Positions 25,538 through 37,700 of a stretch of DNA of 64,000 bases are shown here, one piece after another. The position numbers and the translations under genes are program-made. Origin of the DNA: Gordius albopunctatus (taxonomy: Eukaryota); the NCBI GenBank assembly GCA_964276515.1, contig OZ193909.1, positions 18,104,001 to 18,168,000 on the forward strand. The letters run 5' to 3'. A model generated the notes under the pieces. It ran no database searches and was not told where the DNA came from. It saw only the letters and a program-made list of their open reading frames with translations. Numbering within the stretch: position 1 is the stretch's first letter; each line of letters begins with the position of its first letter.

Positions 25538-28500
25538 TTAGATGCCGTTGTAATCAAATCTATAATTCCCCAGGACGCTATTCCAAACTGGTTTTGGCTC
25601 TTTTTTGCAAGTGTATTCTTCGATCCATTTGCGACATTCTTGACATTTGACGCGACAACACCATTGAAATTTGCAACGACATTTAAATACTTTACGCACC
25701 ACTTTGGTGTCATAGCCCCGTCCACAGCACATGATGGCACAGCCTTCGGGTCCGTTTGAGTTTTTGTCACATAAACGCCCGGCCGTCCCAATTGAACCTT
25801 GAAGAAGTTAAAGAAGAAATTGATGTGAAAATAAAATTTTAATATTGTGAGGTTTTTACCACTGGGTGGTAAGTATGCATGATGCAAGTTGGGGTTACAA
25901 TTTAAAAAATGTTACTAAACTAAATTTTGAGACAGGAATTATAAAATGTCCATTATTTTTTATTTGTTACGTTGGCAATTTAAAATTATCAGTAGAGCAT
26001 TTACAAAAAGCCACTCTTCATTTAAGTCATTGATAGAAAATCTAATCAGAAATTATAATACCAGAAGAGAAAGACAATCAAAATAAAAGCCCCAGTGCTA
26101 TAAAACAGTGATAACACTTAGAATTATAGCCAATAAAAACCATATCATGGCCGCGTAGCTAGCAATGGAATTAGAGGGGGGCAATAATCATCATTTCTTG
26201 AAATCTTAGCCATAATTTTAATAAATTTCATCCAATTTTCGAAATTATAGGGGGGGGGGCAGCTGCCCTTCCCTGCTCCCCTTGACTACGCCCGTGAACC
26301 ATGGCCATGTTAATTTAATCTTTAATTTGCTAAAAAAAATTCTTAATTTAATCTGCATTTTAAATTTGCTGCAAATGCTGTACCTATGATTTTATCATTT
26401 TGACAATAGCTAGGCGATTCTTCTAAAAAGACGAGATCGTTGGTTTTAGGGGCCCTTATCATATCCCTCTTAACGACGAGTGAAGTTCCATCTTGATTCA
26501 TCATTATAGCTTTACTACCATCATAACGATGTTTAATATATTGTCCGATTTGCCTGAAATTTGACATAGATCTCCAGCAAGTACGAATATTGCAAGATCC
26601 ACTGACCCCGTGGCATTTACATTCCAATTTTGTGGCCTTCTTGATAGCCTAAAGCATTAATAATTATGGAAAATTCTTTAATAAGATTTAAAGTGTATTT
26701 TTCATATACAAGTTTATTCAAAGGGATTAAGGAATTTAGGCTGCTTACTTGGGAAAAAAAATTATATTGGCTTAAATAAAGTTCCTAGATATAAATGTAG
26801 GAAAAATCCTTTAAATTCTGGTTTATTTGTCAGAACCAAAGCCTAAATAACGAGTTTTGAGGCGTTAAAGTCCTCAAAAACTAAAACATCACCTATCAGT
26901 AAACATATGGCTGTCCAAATGTGTCATTTTAGTCTGGAGAGACGTCCTCATAAGCGTAGCCCAGGATTGAACCTAGAGGGGCGCCATTCTGATTTAGGGA
27001 GGGGGAAAATGACAATTTCTAAATTTTTAGCCATAATTTATAAAATTTCAAAAAATTTATGGATTTCCATGGACGTCCTAAATGTGAGAACTAGTTTAAA
27101 TTTAATTTGACTGTGATGCATATTAAGTAATTGTCATTTTATTTTTAAGTTTAGATTGAATAACATTATGTAAAACAAGTTTCGATACTTAGACATTCTT
27201 CCTATACAAGTGTGCATGCATTTGAGTTAGAGGGAGGCAATAATTATTTAGGGAAGGGCAAAATGAACATATTTTGTAATTTTAGCGACAATTTTAATAA
27301 ATTTTAACAAATATTTGGATTTAGAGGGGGGGTCAGATGTTTAGGTCAGTTTACACCTTGAAATTTATTAAATTTAAACGTGTTTGATTTAGAAGGTTGG
27401 ACTAAATCATAATATCCTAACATCAAGTTATACAATTGCAATTCGATATTCGTATCCACGTTAAAAACAAATAAAATGTTTGGAGCGCAAAACCTTTTGA
27501 GAGGACAATTGAATTCTTAAAAAAATGTCATTGAATAAGCCATTACGTGGTTAAATTAACTTTAGCGAGATTAATGGATACAATTAAACGGGTAATTCGT
27601 GACCATTTAATTACAATTTTATCGTGTTGTGTAGCTATTGTTTAGGTATATTAATTCAACACAACTTTCATACAGTTTTAAAAATTCTAGAGCAGCTGAT
27701 AACATTTAAATGACTAAGAGCACGGGCGTAACTAAGATTTAACCTCTTTGAAGGGACGGGGGGGAGCTAAAAGGTATGATAATAAATTTCAAAAATTTAA
27801 ACGTAAATGCGTTTATTAATAATAATAATAAATAAAAATTTGTATTGTTTTTAAAACTTTAAATTATAAATTTGCCAATTAAAAGTCATTCAACACTCAA
27901 TGGACATACAACTCAAATAACTCATAAACCAATCAGAAGCTCAGTCCTTATGATGGAGAGGTGGGCAGGGGTCTTAAAAACTACCCTTGCCCCCCCCTGA
28001 TTATTTAAATTTTCTGTCAAACAAAATATAAATAAAAGTTAAAAAACTATGATAAAAATTTTAAAAACAATCATTTTGCCCCCCTGTCATAATAAAATTA
28101 TAACTAAAAGAGTTTAAATTACTTTTCAACGAATTATAATCATACCTTTCTCCCCGCCTTGTTATTATGCATATTCATAAGGGCTCTTGCGTCTCGCTCC
28201 CGTTTTTCCCGAGCATCAACGAAGAGGCGAGCAAATTTACACCCAAAATCGACATTGTCCGAACAACCAGCCCAATTAAATAGTTGTCCAGATGGATCTA
28301 AAGCCATTTCACCCTTTATTTTATCAGGATCACATGCACAATCCATAAGTTCTCCCCGGCTACAAGCTCTAGTGACGGCGTGAGCTATGCCTGCCGATGC
28401 TATGGAATATAGGAAGGCAGTTTCCTTAGTGCCTGCAAGAAATTTATACGTAAAAAAAGTATAATACACAAAGTCATAGATAAGTGGAGGTCTAAAATTT

Positions 28501-30160
28501 ACAAAAATTCGTTTTTGCCATATAAAATTAGTAAGGTTATTATAACTTAAATCTCGTAAATATGGTCATTTTACCATTTTTATATGGTTATGTAAGTATT
28601 CTGGATTTTGGCCAATGAGTTTTAAAAGCGTGATCTATTGAAATCTACTAGCTAAGTTATCGGTAGGTATAATTTAAGTTGGGTTAGGGTAAATTTCTTT
28701 AATTAATTTTTGGAGGATAATTGAAAGAGTTAGGTAAAAGAATTGAATGACATCGATTAATGACTTAATAATTTGTTTTAACATTTTTTTTCTCAAATTA
28801 AAACTCGGCGCTGATATATAGTCTAAAAACAATTTTGCAGAATCCAAAGCATAGGTGGTTTCCATTTTCGCTATAAATTTTTCTTCGAAAAATATCTTAG
28901 AAATAAAATTAAGCAACTGAAAATTATTTTCAATTTTAAAAAGGAAATCGTTAATTGTTCTTATGTCATTTTAATGGCAATTTTTTCTTAACTCCACTAA
29001 TAAAATATTTTTGCCACCGTGGGCATAGCCAGGGGGCGGCAGGGAGGGGCGATTCCCCCCTCTAACCCAAAAAATCTTTAAAATTTCATATAATTATGGT
29101 TAAAATTGTCAATTTTACCGAATAAAAGCATTTTAACATTAAAAAATATTTAAAATTTCATAAAATTATGGTTAAAATTCCAAAAAATATTATTTTGCCC
29201 CTCTCTAAATCATTATTGCCCCCCCCCCCCCAAGTTTCATACTGGCTACGCTTATGTGTGCCATAATCCACAATGCATATTGGGGTGGTGAAGTTTGTAT
29301 TGAATAAATTCATACAGAGAGTGCCTTTCGATTTTAAACCTTATTTAAAATGTATTAATTTGGGGAATTCCAATTTTTTAGCCAATCTGTAATAATTTTT
29401 TACAAAATTACTAACAATATTGTTACTTCAACTTCACTTCTCTTAACTAATTTCAACTATAAAAAAATTTAAAATTGTTTTAAATGGTAGGTATATATTA
29501 CCTTTAGACATGAATTTGCCGAAAAGATTTAGGTTTTGATTCGCTGTTGAACAATTCCATCTATGATTGTAAAATTGAATCTGGCATTCACGAACACCCA
29601 TTTTTAAGCCGTTTCGAAGCACGAACATTGTTTTAGGATAACTCCAGCACATTTGCCTTTGATTTTTAACTAGCCCTGGTATTGTATCGCATAAGAGCGG
29701 TCCCATGGAAAATGACTGAGTTGATATTTTACTGATAAACCTTAAATATTATGTAAAATTTTTTTATATTACCCGAAAATTATTGAAAATTTTTCTATAC
29801 TAACCGATAAAATTGTTTAAAATATGTTTTTTTTATATAGGCGAAAGTCTTAATGTGCTTAAAACGTTAAATTTACTTAAAGAAATTCAAAGAATTATAT
29901 AATGTGATCATTTGTAGAAAAGTGTAAATTTACAATACTAAATACTCATTTATCAACACTTTAAACAATTTGGGGCACTTAATTAAAGCAGTGTTTTAAT
30001 AAATTAAATCTTATGATTTTCATGAAAAAATATTTATAATGAAAGTATTTATAAAATTAAAAAATAAATCCAGAACTAACCACCAAGTGCCCAGCGTTTG
30101 AGGTAGAATTTGAAAGATCCAAATGATAACGAATCGGAATTTATATTGCATTGATGACAT
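25538..30160 (-). CDS. Wnt2: Wnt family ligand, Wnt2 subfamily (376 aa, 5 exons)
   Basis: Exons (minus): 30160-30081, 29740-29502, 28432-28146, 26648-26384, 25797-25538; total 1131 nt, phases consistent. Signal-peptide-like N-terminus ending [44 protein letters not shown] (lipidation Ser), [16 protein letters not shown]. Wnt2-type strings: [52 protein letters not shown]. Confidence 0.92.
26146..26296. mobile_element. MITE family A copy in Wnt2 intron 4 (reverse orientation)
   Basis: CATGGCCGCGTAGCTAG...TTGACTACGCCCGTG; degenerate TSD AACCATAT/AACCATGG. Confidence 0.75.
29018..29256. mobile_element. MITE family A copy with an internal duplication, Wnt2 intron 2
   Basis: CGTGGGCATAGCCAGG...CTGGCTACGCTTATG; degenerate TSD TTTGCCAC/TGTGCCAT; TTAAAATTTCATAxAATTATGGTTAAAATT occurs twice. 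Confidence 0.75.
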
Positions 30161-31623
30161 GAGGAATTGATAAGTTGTTGATTTTGAAATTATAAAATCT
30201 TGATTTTGAGATGTATTTTATAAGATTTCGAAGTAGATTTTTGCACATTTGAATATAAGGAAAACGAGTTAATTTAATTATTGGAAAAAGTTTGTCCCAT
30301 TTTATATTATTTTCGATTAAAAATGGATAATTTCATGATAATCATATTGTGTAAATGGTGTGAAGCGATATGTTTAAAACAAATCAGTCAAGTGTTACTA
30401 TTACTAGCTGTTAATTAAAATAAAATTAATCTTTTTCTGTCAATTTCTTACGGGGCTCCAGTGTAAAAAAGTTATATTTGTCATCATGGATGCATTAGAA
30501 GACATCCGTCGCTTTTGAAGCTCTTTGCAATCATACAAAAGGCGGTCTAACTTTGAAGTCTAAACGTGTTGGTTAATTATGCCCACCATGTAAAGTGTTA
30601 TGTAAAAGTGAAATAATGATTAATGTAATATTAATTGCTCTTTACACAATCTCTTAATTTTTGATGACACTAACTCCTGGAAAGTCAATAGTGTTTTTAG
30701 TTATAATTTCCGATAATTCATAAAAAATGATTAAAAATCAATTTTATTTTTTTTTTTCGAAATAAAATGATGGGCCGGCCACTCATATAACGTTGTTAAT
30801 GAATCGTAATAGCCAGTTTGGCAGTGCCAATCGTGCCATTGTAATTTTTAATCAAATTATATAAGGGGGACGTGTTGGCTGTACAGGATTATAATAACAC
30901 AATAGCTAGAGGTATAATGTGACCTAATCGGTCGAGATTAGCAAAGACATATAATATCTTTTGATTAGGTTTCTAACCGTTTCCCATTGTTTTACACGAT
31001 CAGGTTAGTCATTGTAAAAGGGGGGGGGGGGGGGCAGGGGTAGTTTTGGGGCAAAATGGTCTCACCGTGGGTGTGGAATGTCAGAGATAGGTAATACAAT
31101 AACTGGACCTCAATCCAATGTATGTTCCGTCGAGATAAGTAATCTATCCGGAATTCCAATCATCAAATACAAATCGATTTGCTTTAGAAATATCGATTCG
31201 ATAATTGGTTTTGTTGGGAATTTTAGGATTTTTATGAAAATTATACGCAATTTATAGGCTCACTTTTGATTGTCCGTCCGTCCTGTCCTATCCAGCTTTC
31301 TATTTTTTAATAATTGCTGTGAAAATTTATAAGGGTTTTTAGTGTCTGTGGATTATGCCTCTGTAAGAGACTTTTATTTTGCTCTCGTATATAGACTAGC
31401 TAATGTCCGCCGGCCCTTTCCCATTTTCTATAATTGTTTTTGTGTCCGATTGATTGCCATTAAATAAATTAATAAATTCCTTTTGGCAACTTTACTCGAT
31501 TTTAATGTTTAAATTATTGATATACCACAAATTTTGCAAAATTTTCACTTTTAATATTATTTTCAAATTTGTATTGGCTTAAATATATCTAAATATGAAT
31601 AAGTTGTTCCTACCACAAACAGC

Positions 31624-31787
31624 TATGGGCGAAGCCAGTATTAGATTTAGAGGGGGGCAATAATGATTTAGGGAGGGGAAAAATGATAATTTTTGAAAAT
31701 TAAGCCATCAATTTATCAAATTTGAAAGTATTTCTGAGTTTAGAGGGGGCAGACGCCCCTTCCTGCCTCCCACTGGCTGGGCCCATG
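31624..31787. mobile_element. MITE family A copy (reverse orientation)
   Basis: TATGGGCGAAGCCAG...CTGGCTGGGCCCATG with the family core. Confidence 0.75.
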
Positions 31788-32328
31788 TTTATTACTAAAA
31801 TGATTTAGCAATAGAATGTCGTTTAATTATTATTATCTAACATAAATCTTAAGATTTAAACTTTAAAAAGGTGGTTTGTATTTAAGTGAGATATAAAAAT
31901 GTGCCTATGATATATGCGTGAAACTTGTTGATTTTTGAAAATTTATTTTCTAAATGAATTCACCTGAAATCGAAGCCGCTTTATAAAAGGAGTTTGCAGC
32001 TTTGTTGCAAACAAGGCTATATTAATCTTAAAATCATCTAGCTTCCCAACATGTGTCGCCAAGAAATTCACATTATTTAATCGAAAGTTTCATTATTGAA
32101 TTTATTCAAGATGTATAAATAATAAAAATTTAAACTTTTGCATGTATTTTCGACAAAATAAAATTCGAATGACAAATAATTTTAATAAAATCTTGAGGGA
32201 ATAATTAAAAATAATCCATTTATACATCCTAAATTTTTTATTTTACACAAGGGCTCGCTGATTTAATCCCGCTCAGGCACTCCCTTTCAAAATATATAAA
32301 ATATATCATCGTCAACATGGCTGTCAGG

Positions 32329-33248
32329 TAGAGCCCTGCACGGGTGATCCGAAACCCGACCCAAAATTTTAAAATGCCTTCGGATCGGGTTAAAAAAATT
32401 TAAACTCGGGCCGGGTCGGGTTGAAGATTATAAATCTTATAATGCTTAATAGACATATCTTTTAAACGATTGCCATTATATATGATATTTTATAATTAAT
32501 ATCCAAATGTATAACAATTTCTCATGCATTCATTTAAATTAATTTCTTTTAAGTTATATCTGAATTTTGGATTTGCGCAATTTTTAACTCAGAAAAGTAG
32601 AATATCTAGATTGATGCTATAAATTATGATAAACATATAATTGATATCACAAAACTTATTAATGATTCACAACTCTTTTTCTTTTTTAAATATTACTGTC
32701 TCAACTTGTTTTACAGCCTAACATATGCACTAGAATAAAAGAAAATTATCATGATTATATTGTTAAACAAATAATTAAAATGTATAAAAACATTATTTTA
32801 CAAACATGATTTATAAAATTAGAGTTTTCAAATAAATGATCAAATTAGTTCCTTTAATTTTCGCACAAAATTGCCACAACTTTTATTAGTATTAAAATCA
32901 AAATTGCTTAACAATATATACAGACTCATTTTAATTTAGCAAAAGTTTAAGAATATCTCCATTTTATATGTGAAATTAATTAATTAATTGCGGGTTTGTT
33001 AATATTTTTAAGATGATTTTACATTTAGGAGTGCCGCAATTAACTTAAAAGTCTACTCTAATTTCATATAAAGTTTTGAGCTCTTTTTTGGGGGATAATA
33101 TTTTGTTGCCATTTAAAACCATTAAAGTCAATTTTACAATAATAACCTTTTTTTACTTTCGGGTCGGGTCGGGTTCGGGTTGTTAATTTAAAACGCATTC
33201 GGGTCTGGTCGGGTTCGGGTTGAAAAAAAGTGGCTTTGCAGGGCTCTA
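32329..33248. mobile_element. Non-autonomous hAT-like DNA transposon (MITE), ~920 bp
   Basis: Perfect TIR TAGAGCCCTGCA...TGCAGGGCTCTA, perfect 8-bp TSD CTGTCAGG (32321-32328 / 33249-33256), subterminal GGGTCGGGTT/AACCCGACCC repeats, AT-rich non-coding interior. Confidence 0.9.
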
Positions 33249-34716
33249 CTGTCAGGCCTGAATAGCCGAGCGTCACTCCTAATCCAATCTCTAAAGAAGC
33301 TGCACTGAGTGCGACAAGAAGCTATGGTGAATTCATTTTTTCTATTTTGAACTTTTGTAACCCTTAGTTGTTTAAACTCGGGGTAATAGGGAGAGAAGAC
33401 AACTGGCTATAAAGAAGGAATTGGCTTAGGAATGTAGGCTCGCTGAAGACGTAAAAGTGTTATCAAAGAATCCAGAATCCTTGATAGTGATGAGCTAATA
33501 AATTAGAGACTGAATGGGAAAAATAGGTTAGCGAAGTGTATAAAATTGTTTCTTTTGAAAGTTGGATTCAGTCAGAGAAATTAGCTGCAATTTGATATAT
33601 CGTAATAGCATGTATCACCCACTTCCTGACTGTAAAGATATAACAAGTAAATTTAGTTTAAGTTTGAAATTTAATAAAATTCCTCTCAAGTATTTTAATT
33701 TCTTAATTTCAATTTCATTAATTTTTGTGTAATTTATTAATGATAATTAAGTTTTTTTTAATAATTATGGTACCTTGATATATAGACATATGTGTATAAA
33801 TATCAAGTAATTTAATTTATCAAAATTCATATTTAAACTTAATTAGAAGAAATGAAATTATCTTAGAGTTTTGAGATATGTTTAAGCCAAAATGAAATTT
33901 AATGGCAAAAAATAATAAAGCAAGTAGAATTTCTTTGTACTACGATTTAAAAAATGTATTAAAAATTTAAGCATTTAAGTCAAGCTTAATTATTTAATTG
34001 AATGAATGGCGAATATTGACAAAACATAAACAAATTGATACTCAACATATATAAGGACTTAATCAATTAAAATTGTCTTTTCTTGACACTTAAAAGTTTT
34101 TAAAACTCGAAGCTTTTCAGCAAGGCATTTTTTCTTTCCAAATCATTACAAAAATGAAATAACTGCTTTTCAAGGACCGGGTTAAGCCCGATTTTGGATT
34201 TCCCTGGCGAGCGACAGTGGAAAGAGAAATTTTACGGTAGGCGGTACACCGAGCGAAGGGAAGGTGATTGACGTAAAAGGGGCGTTAGGAGATGAAAGGT
34301 CGGATAATGCCTAGAGGCAGGAGCATGTATTATATAATAGCAAGTCACGTTATGGCACGGCTTCAATCAGATGATCGTTTTCACAGAAGGCTATATCGAT
34401 AGAATCATCGGGCGATAGTCCGTGTGGAACGACGAACTCGATATCGTTCTCAATTGTGTTTTTGTTGTCTGGGTCGGCAAGATGAAGGTTTATCGGCTGG
34501 ATTGCAATTCTTTGGAATCCAAGCATGTTAAAATGGATGTTTAACAAGTGTTTGAGACCGTATGTTTTTACGAATAGTGCCGCCATCTGCACCAATAGGA
34601 ATTCTGGGAATTTGATAAAAATTTTTGATAATTGGCAAGACTTATTAATATACCATTTAGTTTTTATAAATGAATAAAAACCTATATAACTGGATAATCA
34701 TAAAGTAATTTCATCA

Positions 34717-34748
34717 AAGTGGATCATAGACTAGTCTATGAAGTGGAT
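34717..34748. mobile_element. Transposon excision footprint (TSD + fused TIR tips + TSD)
   Basis: AAGTGGAT-CATAGACTAGTCTATG-AAGTGGAT: an 8-bp direct repeat flanking the joined terminal bases of the CATAGAC family seen at 36767-38298. Confidence 0.8.
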
Positions 34749-34781
34749 GGCCATTGAAAATGTAACCAGTTTTCTAATCGC

Positions 34782-37700
34782 ATGATGGATAGTAAATTAG
34801 AAAAATTAAATAGACTTAAATTGTTGCACCAAAAAAGAGTAAATATTATTTAAAAAATAATTGTATATATGTTTTTTATAGGAAGAAGCGAGGAGACAAA
34901 ATTATAAGGAAGTTATTGAAGAGGATCGCAAAAATAAACTACCAGCCAATTGGGAAAATAAGAAACGTAAAGTTGAGTGGGAGATTGAAGAAGAGAAAAA
35001 TAGAAAGGTTGAGATTTACCCATGTCTAATTTTAATCTTGTTTATCCTAGTTTAAATATTTTATAGTATTTTAATGTTATGTAGAGCTTTATTTATTAAA
35101 AAGCTATAAATTTTATGATAATGCATATAGGAAGCAGAAGAGCAAGGTCAAGATTATGATAGACTTAAGGCTTTAAATATGCCTGCTGAAGTTGCAGACC
35201 ATCTTGATAAAAAATACAAGAAGAAGAAAAATCCTGATATTGGATTTTCATGTAACCTTTTTAGGCCAATTTATGTTATTATTAGTTCTAAGAGAATTAC
35301 AACTTAATCATTACCCTATAAAATGAATTAAGGATTTTAAAAAGTCTACCTTTAATTAACTTTATTTCATTTAATTCCGTTGTTAATGAAATTATATTAT
35401 ATTTCCTAATAATAATAGTTATAATAATGAATTTGATTGTTACATTAATGCTTTTTATATCATTCCCATATTATATTTTTAAAGGGATGTGTGTGTACCT
35501 CAAATTGTTTTAATATTAAATTGGATTATTAAATTATTCAAATTATAATGTTACCAATTATTGACAGGCTTATGGTGTTATTTTTGTATATATCTATTCT
35601 TTTGGTTTTATAATTGTAATGGCTTGATATTTTGAAACTATTGTTTGATCATTAAAGGGTGTAGCTTAATTTTTACTTATTGCAATTTTAACCTAATTTT
35701 TTTTACCAATGTTTGTAAAAATCATTAGTGCTTCTCTAATTTTTATTTGTTGATGCATTTTGAAATTAGAATGTCACTATATTTAGTTTATAGCAGCTAC
35801 TCTGAATATAAAAATATATGTCTTGTAAAATTATACAAGTTAATTTTCTATATATTTAATCAACCTCAATCCTGACAAACCTCTAGCCACAGTTACAACA
35901 CCTTAAAAATTAATTTTTATTCCAACCTACTATTATCAAACCAGCTATTAATTTCGTTAAATTTTAAATCACAAATAAAATTTGTAAATAAATTTCATTA
36001 GTGTTTTTTAAAAAATATTTGCGATTTAAAAACCATAAATTTTTTCCTCTAAATTGTCATCAAATACATATTCAATTTAAGGAAATTTTTTGATCTTAAG
36101 AAAATGGGATTTTACTCTTGAGGTGCTTCGGTGCCCTCAGCTCCCCTAGCTGATTTATTGATAATATACATAATTTATAAAATTATGTGTATCGTGCAAA
36201 TATATATTTTAAGAAACATGTTTACATTATTTTATTTGTTTAAACATTATTTTTGCTTGCTTATAACAACTAGAACTTCCAAAATTCTCATAGCTATGCA
36301 AAATTATAAATGCTTTTTAAGGTAAAACATTATAATTGTCAAAATTTTGATTTTACACTTTAAAATAGAAATCATAAAGTTGTTATTAAAATTTTTTTGA
36401 TACTAAACAAAATTCTAATAATAATAATTACTAAAAGTCTTTTTCTTTTAATAGTTGCTATTGTTTAATTTCTTAGTGCATTTATAATTTAAACTGGTAC
36501 AAATTTTTTTGTTTCACATTTTAAATTCCTCCTCACAATTATATGATTTTATAAACATAATACATTAATTTCTTTGTTTTGGTAAATAGCATACGAAGAC
36601 GCCACTGTACGAAAGCACGAGGGTTTGGTCAGACAATTCAAGTCTGATCCCAAACACTACCAAGCTATGAAAGAGAAATTGTAAGCATTTTAATCTACAC
36701 TTTTGAATAAAAGAGTTTACTCTTTATTTTTGCCTTTCTTTGCGCCTGAGGATTAATTATTATAGTCATAGACTAGATAGCCTGCTCATCAACCTTAAAT
36801 AGGTTATATAATGATTTTAATTATTTAAAGTGTTTTTATAATACGCAAGAAAAAATATTCAATTAGTTAAAGCATAAAAACAGAATTTTAAAATATATAT
36901 CATACACAATTCATAAAATAAATAATAGAATTAAAGTGATGATGTGATGTTAAAGCAATTTAGTGCATCTGTAGTTGATTAAATAATCATTTATTAACAT
37001 TCTTTTTTATTTATCACTTTTTCTTTTACTGAAAATCGGAATCATTATTTTTCATTTCAACGCCATCGCAATTTTTGAATGTTTACCTCGCATATGATTT
37101 TTATAGTTGTTTATAGTTTAATTTAATTAAAAAAAAATAGGAAGTTTAAAAAAAAACAATGGGGTACACTGCAGAATAGAGAACTGCACCGGCAGGCCCG
37201 GCCCGCGGACGGGCCCAAAAGCCCGTCTCGCGGGTGGGTACGACGGGCTTTTTATTATAAAAATTTCAACGGGCCGGGCTCGTCGGGCTTAACAATTAAT
37301 ATAACGGGCCCGGGCGGGCCTGAGATTTTTTTAACGGGCTTGAACGTGCCTGACATTTTATAAACGGTCATGAATTATAAAGGTTCTTAAAAGTCCGACA
37401 ATTATATAAATATATGATTTTTATTAAAAATATAAATTATTAATTGCTCTATTTTGAAACCTCTAATTTTTGTATATCCTGTAGCATTCATACCTTTTTC
37501 AAGCGCTAAATTGGCTCTAAAACATTTTTATTCTATTTGCTATAGATTTTCGTTTACATAATTTAAGATTATACCTCGTATATTCTTTTATAATTAGGTT
37601 TAATTACTTAGTTACAATGCTGCAAATTTAGGATTTTTGTTTTTAATTTTATCACAAATTTTACTGGTATAATTATTAGGGCCATATAATTAAATAAATA

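Noticed and set aside
32240..33330. Minus-strand LLVALSAASLEIGLGVTLGYSG (interrupted by the hAT MITE) resembling TM1 of MFS sugar transporters
   Set aside because: Only ~25 residues, preceded by a stop, with no convincing further exons; cannot be supported without a homology search.
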